Counted from the first letter of the whole stretch, positions 49,629 to 62,205 are shown. The stretch: 63,664 bases of DNA, filler included, from Bonamia ostreae (GCA_040357525.1; 21 parts of 21 records of this genome joined end to end with filler, not necessarily neighbours in it), one strand, 5' to 3'. Notes: a model not told the origin generated them from the letters alone. Numbers and translations: made by a program.

Positions 49629-50490
49629 ATGTCCGACACCAAAACCGTCTCTGCGCTCCCTCCAATCCTAAAACTGCAAAACGTTCCCAGAACCACCAAA
49701 AAGACAAAATCCGTCAGCTTCGCAACGGGCACGAAAGAGAAAGTTTCGTCTAAAAATCCCAAAGGACGCCGAAGGCCCAAACAAGTACCACATCACCACA
49801 AAATATCGCCCTTTCGCAGTCGACTCCGTAAATTCTGAAAGTCGTTTCCCGACGACGCAGTTCGGCGCAGTTCTCGGAAGACCGCCCTTCGAACTCTACG
49901 ACCCCGCGGCGCCAAACGAGTACGAAGATTACTGCAAAGCCAAGAAAGAGCGATTAATGCTCAAAAGACACGCAAATTCGCTCTCGCGGATCAACGAAGC
50001 GGAAAAGTCGTCCGCGGCGGAAGAGAAGTCGGCCGAAGGCGGGGACGTTTTTTCCAACTCGTTCGCGGAGAAAATGATGAAGAAGATGGGCTGGGAAGAA
50101 GGGAAAGGTCTCGGGAAGTCGCAGCAAGGAATAAGCAGTTATCTGGTCCCGTCGGGCAGATTCAACCGGCTGAGCGAAGCAGACAAGCGGACGAGCAGTT
50201 GTATGTGCATCGTCAATATGGCGTCGAGAAACCAGATGGATTCTTTTCTGAAGGAGGAAACGATGATGGAGTGCGCCAAGTTTGGGAAAGTGGTGGAGTG
50301 CGTTGTTTATGTGAATCCGGACCACTTCTGTAGTGTGGAGGAGGAAGTGACCATCTATGTCCAATTTCAATTCGATGTCGATTGCGAAAGGGCCGTTTTG
50401 GCGATGGATGGGAGGTTCTTTGGCGGGAGGAAGTTGCGGTGCTATTTTTTCGATTTGAATCGTTTTCTGAGGAGAGATTTTTCTGAGTAA
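49629..50490 (+). CDS. SPF45: Splicing factor SPF45/RBM17 (G-patch + UHM); intron 49743-49764
   Basis: YDPAAPNEYEDY, FAEKMMKKMGWEEGKGLGKSQQGI, ECAKFGKV, MDGRFFGGR. Confidence 0.92.
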
Positions 50491-51008
50491 ATTTTTGTTT
50501 GTTAGTCGTTTTTGAAAAATTTTTGTTGTTTTTAACTTTTTTGACGATTTTGTGTTTTTAATAAAGCGATGAAAAAATTTTTGTTGTTTTTAACATTTTT
50601 GACGATTTTGTGTTTTTAATAAAGCGATGAAAAAAATTTTTTTGTTTTTGACGATTTTTATTCTTGTAATTAAATTTAGATTTTATTTTTGAAATCTTCA
50701 TATTGCTGTTTTTTTATTAAAAGTAAATATTTTTCAATTTGAAAATCGATTTGAACACAAAAAATGTAATAACGACATTATATTTAATCGAAGATTTTAA
50801 AAATAAAAATGCTCAAAATCGTTCAACTGTTTTTAAATTAAATTTGACGATTTCATTAAAACAAAAAGAAACTTCCATCGTCAACAAGAAGCGATTAGTC
50901 AAACAAATATAGAATTTTCTATTCGAAACAATTTTTTGAACAATTTATACAAAAACAATATCAAAAACAAACCATCTTCTAAACCGCCAGTTTTAAAATA
51001 CCTCAAAA

Positions 51009-51576
51009 ATGGAAGTAGAAAGTCTTTCAATTTCTTTGTCCAAATCAAAAGATAAATCCAGTAACAGCATTGAAGCGCCTGTCGAGCCGCCATTAGTCAC
51101 TCTCGACGAAAAAGATTTAAAAGACGCTTTTTATAAGAAAAAAAGTTGGCGGAATATGGGAGCGCGAGAAAGATTTTTGAAGATTTTGAAGATTTTCTTG
51201 ATTGTTTTGGCTTTTTGCATTTTGATGATCATTTTCTTTGCTGGCATCACTTTGATGAGTGACGCTTTTAAAGTTCTTTCCGGTTACAATACCAGAAACA
51301 TCTTTGAGTTTGCTAGCAACCCGATGGCAGGTATTTTTTGAATATGCTCATTAATGTGTTGTGTCAACTTATAATAACTGGTAATTTTTAAAAGGATTGT
51401 GTGTGGGAATTTTAGCCACGGTGTTGTTTCAGTCATCCTCGACAACGACAAGTCTCTCTGTGGCCTTAGTTGCTTCAAGCGTTTTAAGTGTGAAAGACGC
51501 AATTCCCATCGTCATGGGAGCAAACGTCGGCACATCTGTTACCAATACTTTGGTGTCTTTGGGGCATATCAGGAAA
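51009..51576 (+). CDS. Sodium-dependent phosphate cotransporter (SLC34/NaPi-II), 5' part
   Basis: [38 protein letters not shown]. Confidence 0.93.
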
Positions 51577-51730
51577 GTTTATTATGCCAAAATCATAAGT
51601 TCATATTCAATTAAATGACGCAAAAGTCTTNNNNNNNNNNNNNNNNNNNNNNNNNNNNNNNNNNNNNNNNNNNNTTAATTAATTAANNNNNNNNNNNNNN
51701 NNNNNNNNNNNNNNNNNNNNNNNNNNNNNN

Positions 51731-51975
51731 TTATTTTTATTAAGAATTTTTATTTTTTAAGACGAATTTTTGTTTTTAATAAGACGAATTTTTATTTTTT
51801 TTAAGACCAATTTTTGTTTTAATGACGAATTTTTATTTTTTTAAGACGAATTTTTATTTTTTTAAGACGAATTTTTGTTTTAATGACCAATTTTTATTTT
51901 TATTAAGAATTTTTATTTTTTAAGACCAATTTTTGTTTTAATGACGAATTTTTATTTTTATTAAGACGAATTTTT
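51731..51975. repeat. Intronic minisatellite (TTAAGACGAATTTTTATTTTT units)
   Basis: About a dozen degenerate ~20-bp copies. Confidence 0.85.
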
Positions 51976-51989
51976 GGCATTTTTATATT

Positions 51990-54524
51990 CCAACGTAATA
52001 ATGACAAAAACCGTCCGCGGCGTCAACTTTGTACTTCTCAGACAAAAAGTAGTTGAGCAGAAACGGCGTGTTCGAAAGGCACTTTATTTTGCCGTAAAAA
52101 CCTGTATTGCAGAGTTCATATAACAGGTGTTCCCCAGATTGCGCAGTCCCGTAATCCCTTTGATGCTGCTGTCCTTGTTGTCTCTTCTAGACTGTGGCGG
52201 AATTTTTAAAAATTGTGGTGTTTTTGATTTTGTTTGTTCATAAAAAAAATAAACGTGTGTGAAAGGCTCGGCCAAGACCTTATCACAAAAACAGTAAGAA
52301 TCGATGCATCCACAAAGCAGATCTTCGTCCGAAGAAGCCGAATTTTTTGGCACTGCGAACTGCTCCTTCTTCTTTTCCAGATCTGCTAGAATAACAGAAT
52401 CGGCGTCGATTCTGACGATTTTGGCCAAAATCCTATTTTTTCGATTTTTTAAAACCATTTGCTTCCGATTTTGAGGTCGACCAGACTTCCTATTTTGAAA
52501 CGCCAATTGTTCAGAGAGTCCAAGAATTCTCCGAACTACTTTTGAAAAATAAACTTTGTCGGTTTCAACCAAAACATCTTCGGAAATGCCCAGATCCTTC
52601 AGCGAGACGTCTCCTTTTTCTTCCGACAATTCGGCCCAATCTTTTTCAAAACGGAAGGCGCCTTTCTGCTCTCTCTCGAACGCAGAGACGTTTTCCGCCT
52701 CAAACCTTTGGTCGACCGAGTCGTTATCCGTGAAATGGCTGTCCTCGCAATAAAACGAATCCCTGTTTTGCGATTCCGTTTCGGAATTCGCGCCTTTCTT
52801 GGTGTACGTTGCTTCTGGCAACAATGTCCATTTCGAGTCGGTTTCTCCCTTTTCCGAAATTCCGACTTTTTTGCGAACCCAAAATATTGCATTTGGACGA
52901 TTCTTTTCGTTCTTTTGCGTAAAACTGAAAACCGCTTTCGCGAATTTGGAGAACAAGTTCGACGCCGTTCTTCGGTCGCTCATTCTGATTTCCGCCAAAA
53001 TCCGGGGCACATTTTTGGAGTTGACTTTTACAAATCGCAAACAAAACGGCTCCAGAATATCCACTTTTTCGGTTCCACGTCGACGAAGCGCTTGTTCTCT
53101 TCGGTGACCGCGCAAAATGAAGGCGACGGATCGCCCCCGTAAATGACGGCCAGTTTTTCTTTAACCGCCAGTGGCACTAGGACGGAATTGTCGAGACATT
53201 GGAAGGCGCCTTCCGAGAAAGCGATTAGCGGCGGTTTCGGGAAAAAATTGTCTTTCATCTTTTGTCTGTCCAGTCGGGGCAGAATCAAGTGCTTCAATCT
53301 CGTCGGGCGCACTAACGGCTCTTTTTCCGCGAAAGTCGTTTGTTGGTCAACAGCGCTTTTTTCGTTATCCGTTTTGTCCTTCTCGTCCCGGAATCCGGTT
53401 TGAAGGAAGTCTTCGTACACTGCGGAATGTTTGGAAGACAGATTTTGAGTAGTGTGGGAGAGTTCATTGCTGGAAGCGACGCTTCTGCTTCTGCTTATTT
53501 CCTTGCTGTAAAACGTTTCTTCGTTCGAAGTCTCCGACAAATTCTGCGAAGACGCCATTTTTTTGACCAATTGCCCTTTTTCCAAATCTTTCGAACCAAA
53601 ATTAGTGTAGTTGGCCCAGTCTTCCCACCATTCTTTGTCAATGAAAGCCCTTTTCGTTAAAATTTTTGTCAATGAAAAACCATTTGCTGCCGACGTTAAG
53701 TCTGCGCTGGTTTTTCAGGATGGAAACAACGAGCTGTTTCTGCGATTCGCGGGGAATCACAAAATTGAAAGAATAAAAAAGTTCGTCGAAAACGTCGCTA
53801 ATAAAATTTTCGGCCGATTCGATAAAGTTGACATTGGACAAATATTTCTGAATTGTCGAAAAAACTTTTTTGCGCGACGTTTTGGATTGCGAGGACGACT
53901 TTTTGGCGAAGCGGTCGACTTCTTTGATTTTGTGTCGTTTTTGTTGTGTCGAATAGACGTTCGATTTTGCAATGACGCGTTTGGAGGCGATCGCGATATC
54001 GGCGACTTGGCGGCGACTAAGAAACGCGTCGCCGTTTTGGTCGAACAGGAAAAAAATGACTTTATTTGAAAATCCAAACATTTGCTTTTTTGCGATCTGT
54101 TGTTTCTGAAGACATCCATTTTCATCAAAAATTTGCAGAAAGATAGGAACCCCGTCCGAACGCTGTTCATAAAAGACGTTCTTAGTTTTTCGAGGGCATA
54201 ATAGGGAAACTGCTTCTCGAAATCTGAGTTGAAAATCCTTTTTATCTCCTTTTTGGATTTTTTGCTGCCAGCTTAAAATTATATGTGGTTATATCTAAAA
54301 TGTCAATGGGCGAAAATGCCGAAGTTTGGTTTCGAAAAATGAAAAACTGATTTTGCTGAACAGTTTATAGAGTTCATTGATTTCGTAGCCGTTGTCTTAA
54401 AGTTAGTTGGAAAACAAAAAGTTTCTTTTTCGACCAAACGTCTATCCGCGTATGAAAGACCACTCTCGTGCGACGTACTCAATTGCTTTCCATCGTTAGT
54501 TACCATTGAATTAGTACCTCCCAT
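51990..54524 (-). CDS. USP32-like deubiquitinase (myristoylation-type MG start, EF-hand, DUSP, Cys box), 3' truncated
   Basis: [61 protein letters not shown]. Confidence 0.85.
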
Positions 54525-54759
54525 AAAGCCCAAAAAGCTAATTATAATATTAAATTTTATCTATATAACAAATCGTCACGTTTACTATCACGACGTCGTA
54601 AGAGATTATGCCCCAGCAATTCAATTATGTCAACATTCAATTNNNNNNNNNNNNNNNNNNNNNNNNNNNNNNNNNNNNNNNNNNNNTTAATTAATTAANN
54701 NNNNNNNNNNNNNNNNNNNNNNNNNNNNNNNNNNNNNNNNNNTACAAAAGATTTAATCT

Positions 54760-55020
54760 TTAAGCGAAAAGAACAAAAATATTGACGCCTGTAATAAACG
54801 CTGCGATAATAGTGTTAATGACATTCTTTCCAAAATTGTGCTTCTTTCCGAATCTCAACAAATTTAGAACAAAGAAAGTGGTTATGCTCGCCGAAAAACA
54901 GATTCCCATTTGCTGAACAAATTTCACGGTCTGTTCAACCGGAAAAATCGTTAAAATGAAAAAGGTGATCGAAGCCATTATGCAGAGCAACTGCAATACA
55001 TTAACAAAGTGATCCATCAT
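54760..55020 (-). CDS. Hypothetical multi-pass membrane protein, 5' exon
   Basis: Three hydrophobic segments. Confidence 0.45.
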   Translation of the reverse strand: MMDHFVNVLQLLCIMASITFFILTIFPVEQTVKFVQQMGICFSASITTFFVLNLLRFGKKHNFGKNVINTIIAAFITGVNIFVLFA

Positions 55021-55203
55021 TTTTTAATAATATCTGATATAATTTTTTTAAAGTTGTTATATTTTGTGTGTTTAAAATTTGTAACTTAAATGTCTTCAAT
55101 TTTTTTCTAATTCTATTATTAAACAGATTTGATTTTTTCGAAGAATTAAAATTTTTGAACAATGAAAAATTGCAAGGAATAATTTAGAAGACTAAATAAA
55201 GAA

Positions 55204-55464
55204 ATGGCAGACTCGTTGAAACTTCCAGAATTTGTAACAGATTTGTACATAACCGATCGAATTTTGGTTTTTTTGGACATCTCGCCGGAAAACGTTTTTG
55301 TCGCATTTATCTTTTATTTTATGGTCGGAACTTTAGTTCTCATAATTGTTGCCACTGTTGTAAAATTTGCAAGTTATCCCTTGCGCACAGCTCGCTTGGC
55401 TGTTTCCCCTTTGTTTCTAAAACCGGAAAGTGTCGAAGGAAAAAGTAAATTTTTTCAATATTAA
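55204..55464 (+). CDS. Hypothetical small single-pass membrane protein
   Basis: ATG ORF with one hydrophobic helix; may continue through an intron. Confidence 0.45.
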   Translation: MADSLKLPEFVTDLYITDRILVFLDISPENVFVAFIFYFMVGTLVLIIVATVVKFASYPLRTARLAVSPLFLKPESVEGKSKFFQY

Positions 55465-55937
55465 ATTTTATGCTTATTTTAAGGTTACAAGGAGTTGTCG
55501 CTCATGAATATAAAAAGCTAAATTTGAAGAAAACAAAATATCTGAATAAAATCTATAAACAGCAAAACAAAGCTTAATTGCTAAAAATTGCGCGGTTTTA
55601 AGCCCTAATGGTCGCCGTAACAAAAATGTTGACAACATGATTATAAACATTGCAAAATTGGGGAATAAAAAGAGCTTTTGGGATTTTTGCAATTTTGGAA
55701 GCTCTTCCTTTATTCCCGAAAGCAAAAATCAAGTAGAAAACTTTTGACTGAAAATCAGTTGAAAACTTGTCACTTGAAACATTTATAAAAGCTATTTTTT
55801 AGCCGACTAAAATTTGAGTTTTCGTCTAAAAATTTGAATTTAGAAAACCGATAAAAAGCAGTTCAGATTTGGTTTTGTCTGAGACAATCCCTCCGAAATG
55901 CAAAATATATTCCACAAAATCGATTTTCTCCAACTTT

Positions 55938-57084
55938 TTAGCAGTTTCCACGATCACATTTTCTTCTCTTTTTTTTGTGTCGATAAAACTTTTCGTTGAT
56001 ACAATTTAGATGCGTTCCCATCAATATTAAAATTTTAAGATGGTTCAAATTAAAGTTCTCTTGTCCGTTTTTTAAATACCAAAATAACGGTCTCATCCCA
56101 TTAATTGAGACATTTGCGACAAACTCGAGAAAAACGTCGATTTTGTCGCAAGAACTTTTTTTTCGTTCTACAAAAAAAATTTTGTTCTCCCTTTTAACCA
56201 AATTAATCGAATTTGTTTCGTCGTTTTTGCTTTTGCCGCGACCATATTTGCTCCAAAAAGTACACAAATCCAAAGGATTCAGAATGTTTAAACAATCGCT
56301 ATTTTTTCCAACAAAAGTTGTTTCTGGGTCGACCATCGAAACAAACATTTTGTTTGGAGAAAGTGCGGCTTTTTTGGTTAAGACATTTTTGTGTTTCTGT
56401 AAAAAAAGTGAGCCGACGAAAATGAGTTGTTCGTCTTCATTTTCTAAAAATCTGTTTTCAGCCGGAAATTTTATTTCTTTTTCCGGGATTAAACAGTTGA
56501 TAGACAGAAGTTTGGCCTCGAAACTTTTCGAGCAGCCATCAATTTCCTTAAACTGATTTATTTTGAGAGAGCAACTATTGTCCACCAAAAAATACTCGCT
56601 CTTTCGAAGACACGATTTTGATTTTACCATTTTATTGCACTCAATAAATGTATCGAAAAAATCCGAATGAGATGAGCTGTCCAATTTTGGACAATCGATT
56701 ATAAAGATGTTAGAAATGGAGTTCAGTTTGGAAACGAACTGAGCGTCTGAAACTAGACTGTTGCAGTGGCTTGCGTTAAAATATTGAAGGGAATGTTGAA
56801 ATTTCCCCAAAATTTTTGTAAGCGCTTTTTGGCAAATTTTTAAAATTGGCTTGAAAACCATAATTATGGATGTTGCAATTGTTCAGATTTATAGATTTTA
56901 AATCTGCGTAAATTCTGCAAATATCTTCAGCGACCAAATTCCACTTTTTAACCGTCAAATTTTTGTTTTCTATTTTAAGCTTATTTTTGCCAATTTTAAG
57001 ATTGAAAATATGGTCAAAATTGTCGTTGTTTTCGAGATAAGTTGAGATTTTGACCAAAATTTCAAACGGCAAAACGTTTTTCAT
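55938..57084 (-). CDS. Hypothetical protein with F-box-like N-terminus
   Basis: MKNVLPFEILVKISTYL; two overlapping ORFs probably joined by a tiny intron. Confidence 0.5.
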
Positions 57085-57130
57085 TTTAAAAAATTAGTCA
57101 AATTTTCTTTTAGCAAATTTCTATAACAAT

Positions 57131-57600
57131 TTAATCGAAAGACATCGCATTGACAACATCAGTTTCAGAGTCTTTTCTCAGTTCTTCTAGTGCCAATTCA
57201 ACCGTCGTCGCGACGTCTTTAAATCTTTCCGCTATTCGTTTGTAACAAATTGCGGAGTGCATTCTTATGTTTGGCACTTTGTCTTTTCGCATTTTGTCCA
57301 AAACTGGCAACAAAGTCAAAACTTGGTCTTTGTCCATTACTTTGCACAAGCTCTGAGAATCTATCTTAAAAACCTTGAGAATGAACAGTGCCGAACTTCT
57401 GTGAAGATAGTTTTTGCTATTGGTCAAATCTACAATTCGGTTCCAAAAAATCGCGTTAAACTTTTCAGGCGATATTTCTTCGTAAATTTTGGTGATTCCG
57501 ACGCCGATCTCTTTTCTCACGCGATATATTTTGTCGACTAACAAACTTTCGACTTCTCTGAAAAACTTTTCATCAAAATTTTCCAATTCCTTTAAATTTG
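57131..57600 (-). CDS. PP2A scaffold A subunit (HEAT repeats), C-terminal part; 21-nt in-frame intron 57353-57373
   Basis: LVDKIYRVR, NYLHRSSALF, LLPVLDKMRKDKVPNIR, DSETDV. Confidence 0.85.
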
Positions 57601-57752
57601 CGTTCGGAAAAATTTTAAATTCGAAAATAGTAACTTCCGATAAATCTTATCTNNNNNNNNNNNNNNNNNNNNNNNNNNNNNNNNNNNNNNNNNNNNTTAA
57701 TTAATTAANNNNNNNNNNNNNNNNNNNNNNNNNNNNNNNNNNNNNNNNNNNN

Positions 57753-60658
57753 TTCATTTATCTGTACACCTTATTTACTTGAATAAAACAGTTTTTCTAC
57801 ATTTCAAAAATCCTAAACAATAGGTCCATGGACTACGTCCCTCATTTGAACCACCTTGGTCATGTACTTATTAAAAATATTCTCTATATATTCGCAGATA
57901 AATGTATTACCCCGTTTTATGACTCCATCTTACCCCCGTGGTCTATGCTTTTAGCAAATGCGAATTTGCACTTTTTCAGGTAACTTTCGTGTAGATTTTC
58001 TGGTACAGTGATCCTAGAGCAGACGGTTCCTAAATATATCCCCTATATATTCACATGAAAAACACACCTTATCCCATGAGACCATGATTTTGACACTTTC
58101 ATGTCAATTTTCACTTTTCTGGCGGAGTGGTTCTTTGAAATAATTTGTAATGACCCCGGCCTAATTTCGCATTTTCGTGATTATCTCTGCCTTAAAGAGA
58201 ACATGGCACTTTATTTGCAGAAACATGAATCCCCTTCATCCAAGGATTGGAAAATTTACGGACAAACTGACAGACGGACGGATAGATAAACAAGAAACGA
58301 AAGGTATCAGAAAATATCACTTGAGCTTTCAGTTCGAGCGAACTAACAACATGCACACTTAAACGATTTGTAGTATAACATAATACAAAACGTAAACACT
58401 GAAAAGGTGAAACTTCAATCTAATAACTCATGCATACAAAGAAAACAAAAAATAAGAGTATGCCAAGCACATCCCCTGGATATACCAGAGAGGGTATTAT
58501 GTGCCTAGGAGTAGTAAGTATCCCCTGTCAACNNNNNNNNNNATCCCGATATCTTGATCAGGTAGACTGAGAAAACTATAGTCAAAATCAGTGTGCAAGA
58601 AATCGCCTCAATTGGTATGACACATGTCATACAGGATATTAACCAAGGTTTTTGCATGTATTGAACACTTGAAAACTGTAAATAAAATACAAATGACCAA
58701 ACAATATGTCATCATGTTTCCCGGCTACCCGTGTCCAGACTAACTTCACCACAAAGAAAATATTCACGGCAAAACTGCCAATAAACATGCCCCCAGGTTT
58801 TCTTTTCACTTATAGGAGTGTCTATTAATGACTGACATATATCTGCAACAGACGGGCGTATCATGTGCCCTTGTGGTGAACTTTATCAAAAGTTACTCAA
58901 TATCATGTATCTACATGTAGGTCACAATTTTGAAATTTTACAACTAAATATTTTTGAACAGCAACTTACATACACGTGAATTTATACATGTAAATCTATA
59001 CAAAGATCTTTGTAACAAAAGAAAATTCTGATGAGGCAGTCTTTGTTTCTCTTTTTACACGTCCATTTTCCTCCAGCAATATCTAGATGTGTGATCCATA
59101 ATTAACATAGACGGAATACCCATCTTGTAGATATTGTAATCTGTAGATGCATTCATTTGTTCGTCTTTTAATTGCAGAAAAGAAATGAGCTTAGCATACT
59201 ACTTGATGTGGTAGCAGACAATCTTGCACGGGAATGTCACGCATATCTGTCATCGGTGGAGTTTAAGGAGAGAATATTAAAATCGATAAGCAACAAATTT
59301 TCATTGCAGCCAATGGTCGATTTATACGAAAAGGTATCACACGAGGTTGAAAATTGGTGTGAGGGAAATGCTGTCGAAGCTGCAATAAATGAAATAGATT
59401 GCCAAATTAAAAGTTGTTCGACTGAATTTGAAACAAAAGCGCTTCATGTCATCCAATCGACGACGGGTGAAACTGATCATCAATTTCCAAAGACTGAATT
59501 TGGTTTAGAAGGGATGTTTCTTAGGCGTGTTCCAAAAGCAGTGCTATTTCAAATTACGACTTTCTCTAGGATTACATGGCTATTCTTAACAACTTCAAGT
59601 AGAAAAAAAAAACTTCAAGAATTTTTTAAAGAACTCATGGATTCATATTCTATAGATATCTTAAATCAGAGTTTCAAGTCTCTTTTTCAGTTGCATTTTT
59701 GTCCAAAAATAAAGCACTTGGTGAATACCTTTGTACGCAAATATGATGCTCTAAAGATGATATTGGAAGCAAATGCCTTGTCGGAATTGACAGACGAAGA
59801 GATTGCAAATTTAAAAACTGTCGCTGATGACCTTGACAAGATTTCTGATGGATTGGTCAGTTTGAATTCAGCCATGTCCGAGATCCAACATCGTCCCCAA
59901 TGACGACTACGCATATGAATTCATTATCTGCTTTGAAGTTGTTATAAATGTCGAAGAAACACATTTCAAAAGCAACAACTGAAGAAGTTAGATGTAATTG
60001 AGAAGACAATGATTGCATGCGGTAAAAAGAAATTAAATAACGTCATACCAAAAAGGGGGGGGGGGGGTAAAAACTTGCGAAGTAATTAAAGAACAACGCA
60101 ACAAGTATAATAATACTGAGTTCGGGCTTGGAAAGTTTAGAAAGAAACTGAAATACAGATGGTTGACTTGAAATTTCGATCAATGAGGGACAATTTATTC
60201 TTTTCTAATATACCGAAATCTAAAAACGAAATTCCGAGAGACGTCAAAATATTCTTCTCTACATTCCTGTGAAAAGAACACTTTAAAATTGGGCGAAACG
60301 CAAACTTGTGAACCGATTAAAACTTGATCGCGTGCATAGGATTGCGGTATGTACATGTAATTGCAGCGACATTTAATGATTTTAGCACAGGCAACTGATA
60401 TATGGACCGTCCAAAATTAAAACCAACAACATACAAGCTATTAAATCAATGGACATTGTCAACATGAACTATTCGCAAAAAAAAATCAAGAAAGGACACT
60501 ATTTAAAATGTGAAGGATACCTCAATGTAGAGATACATATAAATGTTGTAATGTTTAGTAAGTGATAAGCAAGTGATAGAACACAATTTCATGAAGACAC
60601 CATTAGATACGTTATAAATTAACTGTTTTGTTCCATTGCATAATTACAAGATATCGTT
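57753..60658. other. Metazoan (bivalve-like) contig, probable host contamination; contains one 243-codon exon (59172-59903) of unknown function
   Basis: Gene-poor; GACAGACGGACGGA microsatellite followed by a CACTTGAGCTTTCAG..GAGC end motif; no tiny introns. Confidence 0.75.
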
Positions 60659-60790
60659 NNNNNNNNNNNNNNNNNNNNNNNNNNNNNNNNNNNNNNNNNN
60701 NNTTAATTAATTAANNNNNNNNNNNNNNNNNNNNNNNNNNNNNNNNNNNNNNNNNNNNGAAAAGACTAAATTTTGTAAATTTAACAAACA

Positions 60791-62065
60791 ATGATCTCCT
60801 GCCCAATAAACGCCGTATATAATTTTGAGTCAGGAGACTCAAATTTGCCGATTACAAAATTGGCCGATTTCAAATTCGACCAAAATAGCTTTTACAATTG
60901 CATTTTGGATCCCAAAATATTAATTTTAAAAAAAGTTTTGACTTAAATTTTAAAGCGAATGAACAAAATAAAATTGGCGAAAGAAATAATTTTTAAGAAC
61001 AAAATCGATTGTGGACTCTCTTTTTTGGATTTTAGACTGTTGTTCCAAAATATTTCAAATTGGTCAAAAAAATATCCCAATTTGACTCCTTTTTATTGTT
61101 ATTTTTACAAATAACATTTAAGCGCTAAGATGTTTAAAAGACCCTCTGCTTCTAAGATTACTACACCATTTGAAAATCGGATTTTTTTGTTATAACTTAA
61201 ATGATTTAGAACTGCTTGAAATATTAGATATTTCTTATAAAAGTTTTTTGTATAAATTTAAAGCGACAATAATGGCTAATCCATGGCTCAACTATAACCA
61301 AATTTTAGTGAGCTTAAGTAAAGGAATCCGTTATTTTCTTGTTGATAGTGAATTCTATCTAAATTGCATTTTCAAAGCTTTAAAATATTTTAAAATAAAA
61401 AATGGCGTACATATCGGTGTCATAATGGATGACATGTTTATTGATTTTTATATTTTTGCATAATTTGCCATTTTATGTGAAAATAAAAATAGGAAAACAA
61501 TAAACAAAATGGCATTCAACGCAAAAACTGCAAATAAAATGGCAGATTCGCATAATTTGCGTGTAATTACTTTTGACATAAATTCGAATTTTGATAAAAT
61601 TGACAATTGCACATTCTTCTCAAACGAAAATTGCAATTCGAACATTTCAAAATTCATATTGCGTCCCATTCTGTTCAAAGTCGTAAAAATAATCTCGATA
61701 AGAAAAGACGTCACCAAAAAGACGATAAAATTTAATTATTTTGTAGATGACAGCGTCTACCAAAATTTCTTCCATTTGAAAACGCATTTAAATTCAAATC
61801 CTTTGCCCTTTTCGTTGAAAAGAGATTTCAAAATAAACGAGAAAAATTACATTTCAACGATTTGGGGCAGAACTTGTGACGATTTGGATTGCTTTTACAA
61901 ATATATTTATTTGCCTGAAATGAGTGTTGGAGATTGGTTTCTGTTCAAGTTTTTTTTCGATTTTTAAGAAATATCGATTTTTCCTCGTTAAACACGTTCA
62001 CAGAATTTAACGGTTACGCCAGCAAAAGAACGACGTTCTACGTTATTGAGACAAATATGAAATAA
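60791..62065 (+). CDS. Ornithine decarboxylase-fold protein, predicted catalytically inactive; four introns (e.g. 61098-61122, 61949-61968)
   Basis: LTPFYSLRC, YFVDDSVYQNF, STIWGRTCDDLD, LPEMSVGDWFLF, FNGY. Confidence 0.85.
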
Positions 62066-62205
62066 ATTATTTTTTTAACAAATTTTAATCAAAAACGATT
62101 TTTTAGATCAAATTTAATGGATCAAAGATAAAATTTGATATTTTTCAGTTTTAATTTGACGAAAATCAAAAACGAAATATAAAATTTACTTTCAGAAGCA
62201 CACAT

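Noticed and set aside
2971-60758. Regularly spaced TTAATTAATTAA motif every ~3 kb, as a biological repeat or CRISPR-like array
   Set aside because: Always embedded in N-runs of fixed length; it is a six-frame stop linker added when contigs were concatenated
3071-62065. Stop-codon reassignment or programmed frameshifting to explain fragmented ORFs
   Set aside because: Every break I examined in conserved genes is resolved by a short GT..AG intron under the standard code; TAA, TAG and TGA all end genes
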